A stretch of DNA of 64,000 nt from Flavisolibacter sp. (GTDB lineage: Bacteria > Bacteroidota > Bacteroidia > Chitinophagales > Chitinophagaceae), in NCBI GenBank assembly GCA_965247165.1, contig OZ252003.1, positions 466,195 to 530,194 of the forward strand, written 5' to 3'. Below, in pieces: positions 10,502-19,711 of this stretch. The translations under genes were made by a program, and so were the position numbers. The notes under the pieces were generated by a model. It was not told where the DNA came from. It was given only the letters and a program-made list of their open reading frames with translations, and did no database searches. Position 1 is the first letter of the stretch. Each line of letters begins with the position of its first letter.

Positions 10502-12451
10502 ATGAAAACAAATCTATTCCCTGTATTTTTATGCCGTTTGCTGATGCTGTGGCTGACATTTGGTTCAGCTACTTTGCAAGCCCAAAATGCTACTGCTTCT
10601 TTACCAATAGGTATTGGTAGAAACTGTAGCACCGGAACGGCAACCACCCATGCATCAGACTCAGTAAAGGTGTTCACCTTTAATGATGCAACGAATTCAT
10701 TTACCAATACGTATGGCTGTAAACCAAACTTACAGTCGCCTGGTTTCTCGCCGTACTCGGGTAGCCTTGCTTTTAATCCGCAAGATCAAAAGCTTTACTA
10801 TATTGAAACCACAAATGGGGTTAACTCATACATATATCGTTGGACACCTAATACCAGCCCATCCAGCAATTTTGCCTACAGCTACTCTTATACCAACCGG
10901 TATATAGTTGGTCTTGATTTTGACCCGGTAACAGGTAATGGTTATCAATTGGAGTTCAATGGTTCTACAGCACCGTATGTAATTTCCATACGAAAAGTAA
11001 ATTTTGCCGCAGGCACCTTTGGCCCAAGTGATACCCTTAATCTTCCGCCAGGAAAAAATATTTATCAGCAAAGTGGCGACGTAGTATTTACACCGCTGGG
11101 GCAACTATACTTTGCTTTTGACAATAAATTATTTCAGGTTGATTACAGCAACTACGGTCCCGGCGTCAAATTAAATACTACATATATAGACACGCTACGT
11201 CTTGGAAATACCTTGTTAGGCCTAACCTACGCACATGGAAAATTTATTGCCTCTTGTCAAAACAGCGGCAATACTTCTTGTGCTTTTAAAGAGATTGATA
11301 TTTCTTCGGGGGCGGCGGTTATATCGCCTATTACATTGCCTACCGGAAGTACTTATACCGGCACCGATTTGGCTTCTATGATTACCGGTATTGGTGTTGC
11401 TAAACGAGTAGCCGGCGTTACCAACTTAAGCGCTACATCATACCTGGTGCAATACGACATCAAGATAAAAAACTTTGGTACCGCCAACCTCACCAACGTG
11501 CAGTTGACAGACAGCATCAAAAAAGTTTTTGGAGCCGTCTTTGTTAGTGCGAATGTAGCAGCGGTAGGAACGTTGCCTTCGGGACTAACCATCAATCCGC
11601 TGTATAATGGCAACACTAATTGCAACATCTTTACTGGTGGCGCGGGCAGTACATTAGCGGCCACCCCTACCGACTCGGCCACTGTACGGGTTAGTGTAAC
11701 GCTTAATAATCCAAACCTTACTACTACGTATTACAGTACCACCATGGGTTACGCTCAAAACTCCATTTTTGCTACCAGTGTTTCCGACTCATCTAATCAA
11801 AGTACTTTTTTGTTTCCCGATACTGATTTTAACTCTGTACCGGATGATGCTAATGAAGATATTCCCACACCACTAAACTTCAGCATCATTGCCACCCTTC
11901 CTGTTTCTGTTGTTGACTTTGCAGCAGCGCCAACGGGTAAAACAGTAACCGTTAACTGTTCGCTTTTTAATAACGACGGCACTATGCAGATTCAAGTGCA
12001 AAAAAGTAAAAACGGAACCGAGTTTGAAGATATGACTGCTTCAAATGCGGAAGCGGCCAACAGCATTAAGCAATACCGCTGGGTAGATAATAATCCTCTC
12101 CATGATAATATTAATTATTACCGGTTAAAATTTACAAAGCAGGATGGCACTTCATTTTATTCTGCTATTGCAAAAGCTGCCTTTGCCAAAACACTTGTTG
12201 AACTACAAGCCAGTCCAAACCCATTTATGCAAGCCGTAAATGTTGATATAACATTGAACACTGCCGAAAAGATAAATTACAGCCTTATCAATTTAAATGG
12301 TAAAGTGGTAGCGTCTGGAACAAAAGCGGGAGCGATAGGTGCTAATAAAATTATGGTTGATAATCTCACCGCATTATCGCCTGGCATTTACCTTTTGCAA
12401 CTTACAATCGGCGATGAAGTGTATAACCGAAAAATCATGAAATCGAATTGA
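10502..12451 (+). CDS. T9SS cargo protein with propeller-like N-terminus and DUF11-like domain
   Basis: Signal peptide, YDIKIKNFGTANLTNVQLTD (DUF11-like), LPVSVVDFAA and C-terminal ASPNPF...LSPGIYLLQL...KIMK. Confidence 0.8.
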   Translation: MKTNLFPVFLCRLLMLWLTFGSATLQAQNATASLPIGIGRNCSTGTATTHASDSVKVFTFNDATNSFTNTYGCKPNLQSPGFSPYSGSLAFNPQDQKLYYIETTNGVNSYIYRWTPNTSPSSNFAYSYSYTNRYIVGLDFDPVTGNGYQLEFNGSTAPYVISIRKVNFAAGTFGPSDTLNLPPGKNIYQQSGDVVFTPLGQLYFAFDNKLFQVDYSNYGPGVKLNTTYIDTLRLGNTLLGLTYAHGKFIASCQNSGNTSCAFKEIDISSGAAVISPITLPTGSTYTGTDLASMITGIGVAKRVAGVTNLSATSYLVQYDIKIKNFGTANLTNVQLTDSIKKVFGAVFVSANVAAVGTLPSGLTINPLYNGNTNCNIFTGGAGSTLAATPTDSATVRVSVTLNNPNLTTTYYSTTMGYAQNSIFATSVSDSSNQSTFLFPDTDFNSVPDDANEDIPTPLNFSIIATLPVSVVDFAAAPTGKTVTVNCSLFNNDGTMQIQVQKSKNGTEFEDMTASNAEAANSIKQYRWVDNNPLHDNINYYRLKFTKQDGTSFYSAIAKAAFAKTLVELQASPNPFMQAVNVDITLNTAEKINYSLINLNGKVVASGTKAGAIGANKIMVDNLTALSPGIYLLQLTIGDEVYNRKIMKSN

Positions 12452-12495
12452 CGCCGTTACTGGTGAACTGCTTAAACGATCCCATTAATTGCATA

Positions 12496-12528
12496 AGTAA
12501 AGCCACTCAACTGAGTGGCTTTACTACT
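12496..12528. terminator. Perfect hairpin between convergent genes (bidirectional terminator, REP-like)
   Basis: AGTAAAGCCACTCA-AC-TGAGTGGCTTTACT (14-bp arms) followed by ACTTTT. Confidence 0.75.
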
Positions 12529-12556
12529 TTTACTATATAAAAAGTGGCGCTATTTC

Positions 12557-13144
12557 TTACAACACATAACCAACCGAAAGTTGGAAACCGGTGTTCTTCC
12601 ATTTGTCCTGATTATCAATATCATTAATGTTATTTAAACCAACCACATAGCGGCCATTTAGTTTCAATTTCCCTAAGCTTACTTGTGCTCCGCCCAACAT
12701 AGAAAAATCGCCTTTTTTAAAAGCGTCTCCACCATTTTGTAACAGATTTTTATTCTGATCAATCAACACACTAAACATGGGCCCGGCTTGTAATGAAACA
12801 AATGAACCCAACTTATAACTTACTAAAAGCGGGATGGACAAGTAGTTCAACTTTACATCGCTAACGCCGCTAAAAGCATTCTGGTAAATGTGTTTAAAAC
12901 TACTGTCAGTGCGGGATTGGTACTGACTGAATAAAACTTCCGGCTGAATGCTAAGTCGTCCGCCTAAGCCAATATTTACAAATCCCCCAAGGTGATAACC
13001 ATACTTGAATTCGTCATTAAACGATTTGCCATCTACCTTGGTAATATTAGCACCGGCTTTGATACCAATGCTAAACTGAGCGAAAGAAGCCTGCGCAAAA
13101 AAAACCAACAGGACGAGAGTTGTTAATTTGAATTTCATAAACAT
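12557..13144 (-). CDS. Porin family (OMP_b-brl_2 / PorT-like) outer-membrane beta-barrel
   Basis: Signal peptide, GIKAGAN, IQPEVLFSQ, LNYLSIPLL and C-terminal FQLSVGYVL. Confidence 0.85.
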   Translation of the reverse strand: MFMKFKLTTLVLLVFFAQASFAQFSIGIKAGANITKVDGKSFNDEFKYGYHLGGFVNIGLGGRLSIQPEVLFSQYQSRTDSSFKHIYQNAFSGVSDVKLNYLSIPLLVSYKLGSFVSLQAGPMFSVLIDQNKNLLQNGGDAFKKGDFSMLGGAQVSLGKLKLNGRYVVGLNNINDIDNQDKWKNTGFQLSVGYVL

Positions 13145-13162
13145 ACGTTTGTTTGCAAAATT

Positions 13163-13178
13163 TCAAGATTAGTGCCGG
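13163..13178 (-). promoter_or_regulatory. sigma54-like element upstream of the porin gene
   Basis: Minus strand reads CCGGCACTAATCTTGA (GG-N8-TTG). Confidence 0.4.
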
Positions 13179-13201
13179 GAGTTGTTAACTAATCCGAAAT
13201 T

Positions 13202-14206
13202 CTAAAACAAAATACCAGCGTTAATGATAAAGGACGTGGAAATATTATTCGCCCTGGCAGGAAAATAGTAGTCAACCATCAATTGTGGCTGAATAAAAAA
13301 AATACCTTTTGAATATTCCGTCTTGATAAAGGCGGTTAAAGAAATAGGCTGGAAGTAGAGGTTGTTGTCGAGGGTAATATTATCGGTATTGTATAAAATA
13401 TTGTTGCCGGTACGGCGGCTGATGGCATAGCTGCTGCTGGTTTGATTAAAACCAAATTGCTGTGTGCCGCTTACAAAACTTAGTTGCGGCGTGATGCGGA
13501 CAAAATCGTTTTTCGTCAGCGCATTTAAAAAATAAAAATCATGTCGTATGCTGGTGTTGACATTGAAGTCAATTACTTTTTCTTTGGTATTAATGCGGGT
13601 AAACCCTCTTTGCGCCAACTGAATATTTTGTATTTGTTCTTCGCGTTCTTCTAAACTGTTGCGGCTGCCCCAGCCATAGCTAAGTCCAAACGATGGCTTA
13701 AACCAAAGCCTTCTATACGTAAAATAGCCATACGCCTCGTTTTGAAGAGGCGACGTGTAAAAAGGAAGTTTATTCTTAATAAAATAATGCGAGACCGATA
13801 AGCCGGCGATAAACGCTTTGTTTCGTTGAAAATCGTACGAGCCCGTAAGCGAAAACTGAAATGGGTTTATGCGGCTTCCATCATCTACCACCGAGGCGCC
13901 GATGCCGATGCCGAATCCTGACTTATCGTAATAACCAACAAAGGGCGAGTAGGTAAGTTTCTTTTTTGTTTCGGCAGTAAGGCCGGACTTACTCTCATAA
14001 CTAAAAAAATCGTTTCCGATTCCGATGGAAAAAAGTGTAAAGTTTCGTGGCTTGTTGATGGAATCAATGAAGGCGTCTAAAACCGAAAATAACTCATCAT
14101 AATCTGTAAACGTTGTGTCTATAACCGGCAATTCTTTTCCTTTCTGCGCAGGGCAGATACCGGCAAAAAAAAAGCTGGCTAATACAAGGTAAAACCTCAA
14201 CGGCAT
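13202..14206 (-). CDS. Hypothetical outer-membrane beta-barrel protein
   Basis: Signal peptide, amphipathic beta strands and terminal INAGILF (C-terminal Phe). Confidence 0.65.
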   Translation of the reverse strand: MPLRFYLVLASFFFAGICPAQKGKELPVIDTTFTDYDELFSVLDAFIDSINKPRNFTLFSIGIGNDFFSYESKSGLTAETKKKLTYSPFVGYYDKSGFGIGIGASVVDDGSRINPFQFSLTGSYDFQRNKAFIAGLSVSHYFIKNKLPFYTSPLQNEAYGYFTYRRLWFKPSFGLSYGWGSRNSLEEREEQIQNIQLAQRGFTRINTKEKVIDFNVNTSIRHDFYFLNALTKNDFVRITPQLSFVSGTQQFGFNQTSSSYAISRRTGNNILYNTDNITLDNNLYFQPISLTAFIKTEYSKGIFFIQPQLMVDYYFPARANNISTSFIINAGILF

Positions 14207-14293
14207 GATGACAGTAGATTTTGGTTTTTAAGGCTGTACGAACAGCGCCATTGACGAACAAGTTAGGGCAAAGTTTAATTAAGAAGGTAACAA

Positions 14294-15544
14294 TTAGCCC
14301 AGTTCCAGCACCGTAATTTCGGGCAGAACGCCTACCCTTCCGGGATAACCAATAAAGCCGTAGCCGCGGTTTACATAGATGGTTTGTGATCCTTTTTGAT
14401 AAAGACCGGCCCATTGATTATACACATACTGAACAGGGCTCCATCTAAAGCCGGGAATCTCTACACCAAACTGAAACCCATGTGTATGGCCGGCTAAGGT
14501 TAAATCAATATCGCTGAATTTCGGCCGCACCTCTGCATCCCAGTGGGTTGGGTCATGGCTCATTAAAATTTTAAAGGGATATTTTTCAGCGCCTGCATAC
14601 GCCTTTGGCAGGCTGCCATACTTAGGAAAATTTCCTAAGGCACTCCAGTTTTGAATGCCAATTAAAGCAATTTCATCGTCGCCTCTTTTAAGTGCCACGT
14701 GTTCATCAATCAATAACCGCCAACCTAATGTAGCATGCACTTCTTTTAGCTTTTGCAGATTGTCGGCTTTGGCCTGGGGCGAATCCCACGAAACATAATC
14801 GCCATAATCGTGATTACCTAATATAGAATACACGCCCATTGGGGCTTTCAGCCGTTGAAACATTTCTATGTAAGGCAGCATTTCGTCGTGCTTGTTGTTT
14901 ACCAGATCACCGGTAAACAAGATCAGGTCCGGCTTTAGCGAAAGGATTTTGTCAATCCCTTTTTCAACCGCTTGCGCATCAGTAAAACTGCCGGAATGAA
15001 CATCGGAAATCTGAATAATTTTTAGCCCTTTGAAAGCGGCCGGCAAATTGGAAAAAGTTAATGGAATATGCCAGACTTTGTAATTGTATTTATTGGTGAA
15101 ACCATAAAGTAATGTAGCAAAAAGGGACCCTCCTACCCCGATGCCCAACCAACTCAAAAAAAGCGAACGGCTGATGCGCGGGTTAGCTTGTGACTCACCC
15201 ACATCCGTATTCTGAAAAAATAATTTCCCCCACAGCCATTGCAGGCCCCGTCGAATGTCATCTATTAAAAAAAAGATGGCCGCAAAAAGCTTTAATAAAA
15301 AAACGCCGACCAATATGGCAAACACGGTACTTCGCAAACCTTTTTGAATAGCATCGAGGTTCAGGTAAGGAAGTAAAAAAAGCAATAGTATCACGGCGAT
15401 AGACAAAGCCCAATACGACGTGTTGATGATGGTTTTGATTCTGGGTGCAGCGGACATGCTTAAAAACTTTATAATCTGAAATACATAGATGTCCAGCAGA
15501 ATCATTAGTCCGGCAAATAAGAGCCAAAAGGGTGAGCTACGCAT
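14294..15544 (-). CDS. Membrane-bound metallophosphoesterase (YkuE-like)
   Basis: TM N-terminus, then SDVHSG, FTGDLVN, GNHDY, SHDP and AGHTHG calcineurin-like motifs. Start moved to ATG 15544. Confidence 0.92.
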   Translation of the reverse strand: MRSSPFWLLFAGLMILLDIYVFQIIKFLSMSAAPRIKTIINTSYWALSIAVILLLFLLPYLNLDAIQKGLRSTVFAILVGVFLLKLFAAIFFLIDDIRRGLQWLWGKLFFQNTDVGESQANPRISRSLFLSWLGIGVGGSLFATLLYGFTNKYNYKVWHIPLTFSNLPAAFKGLKIIQISDVHSGSFTDAQAVEKGIDKILSLKPDLILFTGDLVNNKHDEMLPYIEMFQRLKAPMGVYSILGNHDYGDYVSWDSPQAKADNLQKLKEVHATLGWRLLIDEHVALKRGDDEIALIGIQNWSALGNFPKYGSLPKAYAGAEKYPFKILMSHDPTHWDAEVRPKFSDIDLTLAGHTHGFQFGVEIPGFRWSPVQYVYNQWAGLYQKGSQTIYVNRGYGFIGYPGRVGVLPEITVLELG

Positions 15545-15689
15545 AAGGTGCAAATTTACAGCAGGGAGACATGCGCTGATTATAGCCTGATCTGGTAACC
15601 CGGGCTTCAACTATTGATTGCCTTTATTTTTGCGGCACTGTACTAATTGAATAGACAAGAACTTTGATAGCTTTCAGTAAATTTGAGGT

Positions 15690-15857
15690 ATGAAAAGCAA
15701 TGAAATTAGAATTACGGTAAATGCTGAAAAGGATTCTAAATTAGAATTAGGTGTTTTCGCGTTATTGGATAATGCTCAAAAAAACCGGAAGCGTATTGTT
15801 GAAACATTTTTAGAAAGAAAGGAAAAACAAGCCAAGAAAATTGAACGCCGCTTATAA
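15690..15857 (+). CDS. 55-aa basic small protein (not in the ORF track), overlapping the DUF6169 start
   Basis: MKSNEIRITVNAEKDSKLELGVFALLDNAQKNRKRIVETFLERKEKQAKKIERRL. TAAATTTG promoter element 4 nt before the ATG, and 17-nt overlap with the next gene. Confidence 0.6.
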   Translation: MKSNEIRITVNAEKDSKLELGVFALLDNAQKNRKRIVETFLERKEKQAKKIERRL

Positions 15858-16317
15858 ATTTCATCAGTCAGGAAATGATTTTGAATTCTATACATCGTAT
15901 GGAGCTGTATATCCAGTTTCTTTTGTCCCATCAGGAGAATATTTTGAAAACATCTTATTAGAGCAACTACTCTTTCGTGTGGATATTGTTCAAATCGATC
16001 CAGGGCCATTTAACCATTTTGATTTACAGGTAAGTATTACGATCGCAGAAATCTTATATCATTTTTTTGAAGTAGATCATCAACGGATATTATTTTACAT
16101 TTGCGATCCCCGTGACGGCCGAATTAAGGCAAGGGAGAGAAAATTCAATTACTGGTACCGGCTATTTAGCAATAGTCAATTTAACCGGATTATTTCATCA
16201 ATTACTACAAAAGACATCAAAGTTGAAGTTGTTTTTATTTTCAATAAAAACAATTCTCTGGCTTATGATATTCCTATTCTTATCGAAGAGGCACGTAATA
16301 GTTTTGGCGATAAATAA
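15841..16317 (+). CDS. DUF6169 family protein
   Basis: ILFYICDPRDGRIKARERKFNYWY matches my recollection of the DUF6169 core. TTG start. Confidence 0.65.
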   Translation: MNAAYKFHQSGNDFEFYTSYGAVYPVSFVPSGEYFENILLEQLLFRVDIVQIDPGPFNHFDLQVSITIAEILYHFFEVDHQRILFYICDPRDGRIKARERKFNYWYRLFSNSQFNRIISSITTKDIKVEVVFIFNKNNSLAYDIPILIEEARNSFGDK

Positions 16318-16347
16318 CCGAACATAAAATATTCTTAAGCAAAACTT

Positions 16348-17151
16348 ATGGCCAGAATTATAGGCGTTGCCAATCAGAAGGGGGGCGTTGGAAAAACGAC
16401 AACCGCTATCAACTTAGCCGCATCTTTTGCGGTATTGGAATATAAAACGTTATTGGTAGATGCCGACCCGCAGGCAAACAGTACCACCGGCGTTGGCTTT
16501 GACTTACAGAACGTAACACTCAGCCTGTATGATTGTATGGTTAACAATGCGGCCGCAAAAGACGTAGTGCTGAAAACCGATATTCCCAACCTTGATTTGA
16601 TTCCATCGCATATAGATTTGGTAGGCGCTGAAATAGAGATGATCAACTATCCTAACCGCGAAGCGGTTTTAAAAAACCTGCTCGATTCGATGCGTGATGA
16701 TTACGACTTTATCATCATTGATTGTTCGCCGTCATTGGGTTTAATTACTGTGAATGTACTAACCGGCGCAGACTCTGTAATTGTGCCCGTACAATGCGAA
16801 TTTTTTGCACTGGAAGGTTTAGGCAAATTATTGAACACCATAAAAATTGTACAAAGCCGTTTAAACACCGCCTTATTAATTGAAGGAATTTTAATGACCA
16901 TGTATGATGGACGGCTTCGTTTATGCAACCAGGTGGTGGCCGAAGTGCGCCGCCATTTTGAAGACCTTGTATTTGCTACCATCGTTCACCGCAACTCACG
17001 CCTGAGCGAGGCGCCAAGCTTTGGCAAGCCGGTTATTTTGTATGATGCCAATAGCAAAGGCGCCATGAATTATCTTAACCTGGCTAAAGAAATTCTTCAG
17101 AAAAATAATTTAACGAAGATTGCACAAGAAGAGAGAACGGTAGAATTGTAG
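16348..17151 (+). CDS. parA: Chromosome partitioning ATPase ParA/Soj
   Basis: [40 protein letters not shown] and RLSEAPSFG. Confidence 0.96.
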   Translation: MARIIGVANQKGGVGKTTTAINLAASFAVLEYKTLLVDADPQANSTTGVGFDLQNVTLSLYDCMVNNAAAKDVVLKTDIPNLDLIPSHIDLVGAEIEMINYPNREAVLKNLLDSMRDDYDFIIIDCSPSLGLITVNVLTGADSVIVPVQCEFFALEGLGKLLNTIKIVQSRLNTALLIEGILMTMYDGRLRLCNQVVAEVRRHFEDLVFATIVHRNSRLSEAPSFGKPVILYDANSKGAMNYLNLAKEILQKNNLTKIAQEERTVEL

Positions 17152-17221
17152 ATTTGCCATCACAGCTATATAATTTGCTGCATTAATTCGTTAATCATAT
17201 CATTCATTTTTCAGAATCGCT

Positions 17222-17249
17222 GAATCTGAAATCTCAAATCTGAAATCTT
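17222..17249 (+). repeat. 7-bp tandem array (GAATCTG AAATCTC AAATCTG AAATCTT)
   Basis: Four units immediately before the parB ATG. Confidence 0.75.
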
Positions 17250-17250
17250 A

Positions 17251-18159
17251 ATGACCGCTCCCAAACAACATAAAGATGCACTTGGTAAAGGCATCCGATC
17301 GCTTTTACAAAACATAGATACGGATTTAAAAAATACGGCCGGTGCTTTACAACCGCAAGTGATGGAAGCCGCTACCGGCGTACTTCGGCTGCCAATAGAA
17401 AATATTGAAACCAATCCAAAGCAGCCCCGTAAAGACTTTGATGAAACGGCCTTACAAGAGTTAGCTAACTCTATAAAACTGCACGATATTATTCAACCGA
17501 TTACGGTATCAAAACTTTATGGCAATAAGTACCGCTTAATTTCCGGAGAACGCAGATGGCGGGCTTCTAAATTAGCCGGCTTAAAAGATATACCTGCCTT
17601 TATACGCCAGGCCAACGATCAGGAATTATTGGAGCTGGCCTTGCTGGAAAATTTACAACGCGAAGATTTGAACGCCATGGAAATTGCCATCAGTTACAAG
17701 CGAATGATGGAAGAATTAAATCACACACAGGAGCAAGTGGCAGAGCGCATGGGCAAGGACCGCAGCACAGTTACTAACTACATCCGATTACTACGACTGC
17801 CACCCGATATTCAGATTGCTGTTCGTAATGGTGAGATAAGCATGGGCCATGCAAGAGCGCTGATAAATGTTGATACCATTGACAAGCAACTATACATTTT
17901 TGATGAGATAAAAACAAAAGGCCTTTCCGTTCGCCAAACAGAAACACTGGTACGAAACATTTACCGCGAGAAGGAAGAAAAAAAGGCCGAAGAATTACCA
18001 CCTGCGTATAAGAAAGTAGAAGATAAATTAGCTTCTCATTTTGGTACAAAGGTTAAGCTTCGGCATGGCAAGGATGGTACCGGGGCTATAACATTTGAAT
18101 ACTATTCGTTGGAAGAAATGAACAAACTGCTGGACCAAATGGATGTAACAATTGAGTGA
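17251..18159 (+). CDS. parB: Chromosome partitioning protein ParB/Spo0J
   Basis: ALGKGIRSLL, NPKQPRKDF, ISGERRWRAS, ENLQREDL and HTH with RSTVTNYIRLL. Confidence 0.96.
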   Translation: MTAPKQHKDALGKGIRSLLQNIDTDLKNTAGALQPQVMEAATGVLRLPIENIETNPKQPRKDFDETALQELANSIKLHDIIQPITVSKLYGNKYRLISGERRWRASKLAGLKDIPAFIRQANDQELLELALLENLQREDLNAMEIAISYKRMMEELNHTQEQVAERMGKDRSTVTNYIRLLRLPPDIQIAVRNGEISMGHARALINVDTIDKQLYIFDEIKTKGLSVRQTETLVRNIYREKEEKKAEELPPAYKKVEDKLASHFGTKVKLRHGKDGTGAITFEYYSLEEMNKLLDQMDVTIE

Positions 18160-18811
18160 GCGCCTACTATATTGCTTGTTAATTACCTGCCTGTTTTTAT
18201 CTTTTTCTGCATTTGCCCAAAAGGATACAACCCGCCGTTTCGTACCAGTTGATTCCGTTATAAAAAAAGCGGCGCCGGTAGTGGATCAACGTGCCGCCGA
18301 TTCGCTAAAACATCTTTTCACTCCAAAAGGCGCTACCTGGCGTTCCGCTGTATTACCCGGCTGGGGACAGGTTTATGTTTTTCACGATCTGCCTTATTCG
18401 TTCTTTAGAAAGTATTGGCGGCTGCCTGTTATTTATGGAGCCTTAGGAATTACCAGCGTTGTATTTTTTTATAACCTACATACCTATCGCGACCTGCGGT
18501 TTGCTTATGCGGCTCGTTATAAAGCTTCGCCTCAAGGCGGGCTTGACTCTACAGATTACTTCAAAATAAAATCACCCTACACGCAGTTCGATATAAACTC
18601 CATCCGATCCGCCCGTGATGAGTTTCGAAGCAGTATAGATTACTCCGTACTTTTCTTTCTTATCATGTGGGGGTTGAATGTGGTGGATGCCACAGTGGAT
18701 GCACATTTGCGCACTTTTGATGTAAACCCTAACCTGAGTTTTAAATTCAAGATGGGTCCCAGCCAATTTGCCGGCACTACTGGTATAAGCCTCGTACTTC
18801 TCTTCAAATAA
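18152..18811 (+). CDS. DUF5683 domain protein
   Basis: SAVLPGWGQVY, KYWRLPVIYG and LNVVDATVDAHL. Conserved position between parB and dapB. Confidence 0.8.
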   Translation: MSERLLYCLLITCLFLSFSAFAQKDTTRRFVPVDSVIKKAAPVVDQRAADSLKHLFTPKGATWRSAVLPGWGQVYVFHDLPYSFFRKYWRLPVIYGALGITSVVFFYNLHTYRDLRFAYAARYKASPQGGLDSTDYFKIKSPYTQFDINSIRSARDEFRSSIDYSVLFFLIMWGLNVVDATVDAHLRTFDVNPNLSFKFKMGPSQFAGTTGISLVLLFK

Positions 18812-18909
18812 CTTTATATCAAACCTAAAACATCTTATGGCAGTGCGTACTGGCGTGCCGTTTGAAAATTGACATTAGTAAGAAAAGACATTACAGATGG
18901 TTACGCAAA

Positions 18910-18928
18910 AATTCGTGTAATTCGTGAT
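18910..18928 (+). repeat. 9-bp tandem unit AATTCGTGT-AATTCGTGA(T)
   Basis: Direct reading. A parallel copy is at 51830-51848. Confidence 0.55.
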
Positions 18929-18941
18929 TTAAATTGGTGTT

Positions 18942-19661
18942 ATGATGAAAATTGCTTTGATCGGATATGGAAAAATGGGTAAGATGATTGAAGAGGTGGC
19001 GCTTCAAAGAGGCCACCAGATTGGATTGGTGATTGACGAAAATAATCGCCAGGATTTTACGCTCCAAAAGGTGCAGGGGCTTGATGTGGCCATAGAATTT
19101 ACCTCGCCGCTCAGTGCCTTTGAAAACGTTTTAAGCTGTCTCGATTTTAACCTGCCGGTTGTAAGTGGCTCTACGGGCTGGAACGAAGAATTGCCCGGCG
19201 CTAAAGAATATTGCCTGAAGAAGGATGGAAGCTTTTTACATGCCAGCAACTTCAGCATCGGCGTCAATATTTTTTTTCAAATTAATCAACTGTTAGCACG
19301 GCTAATGAAAAGCCAGCCGGCTTATAACGTAAGCATCAAAGAAATTCATCACACGCAAAAGAAGGATGCGCCAAGTGGCACCGCTGTAACCCTGGCCGAA
19401 CAAGTGCTTCAGCATATCGAACGAAAAATATCATGGGTAAATCAGGAAACAGTAAATACGGAAGAACTCGCCATCGTTAGCGAACGCACCGATCCGGCGC
19501 CGGGAACGCACTACGTGAAATATACTTCCGCCATTGATGATATTGAAATCATTCATACAGCTCATAACCGCCAGGGCTTTGCATTGGGCGCTGTGTTGGC
19601 TGCGGAATTTATTCATGATAAAAAAGGTGTATTTACCATGAATGACGTTTTACATTTATAA
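18942..19661 (+). CDS. dapB: 4-hydroxy-tetrahydrodipicolinate reductase
   Basis: IGYGKMG, SGSTGW, ASNFSIGVN, EIHHTQKKDAPSGTA and FALGAVLAAEF. Confidence 0.96.
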   Translation: MMKIALIGYGKMGKMIEEVALQRGHQIGLVIDENNRQDFTLQKVQGLDVAIEFTSPLSAFENVLSCLDFNLPVVSGSTGWNEELPGAKEYCLKKDGSFLHASNFSIGVNIFFQINQLLARLMKSQPAYNVSIKEIHHTQKKDAPSGTAVTLAEQVLQHIERKISWVNQETVNTEELAIVSERTDPAPGTHYVKYTSAIDDIEIIHTAHNRQGFALGAVLAAEFIHDKKGVFTMNDVLHL

Positions 19662-19711
19662 AATATCGTTTCCATTTATTTCATTATTTTTTCAAGGCCA
19701 AAACGGTATTG

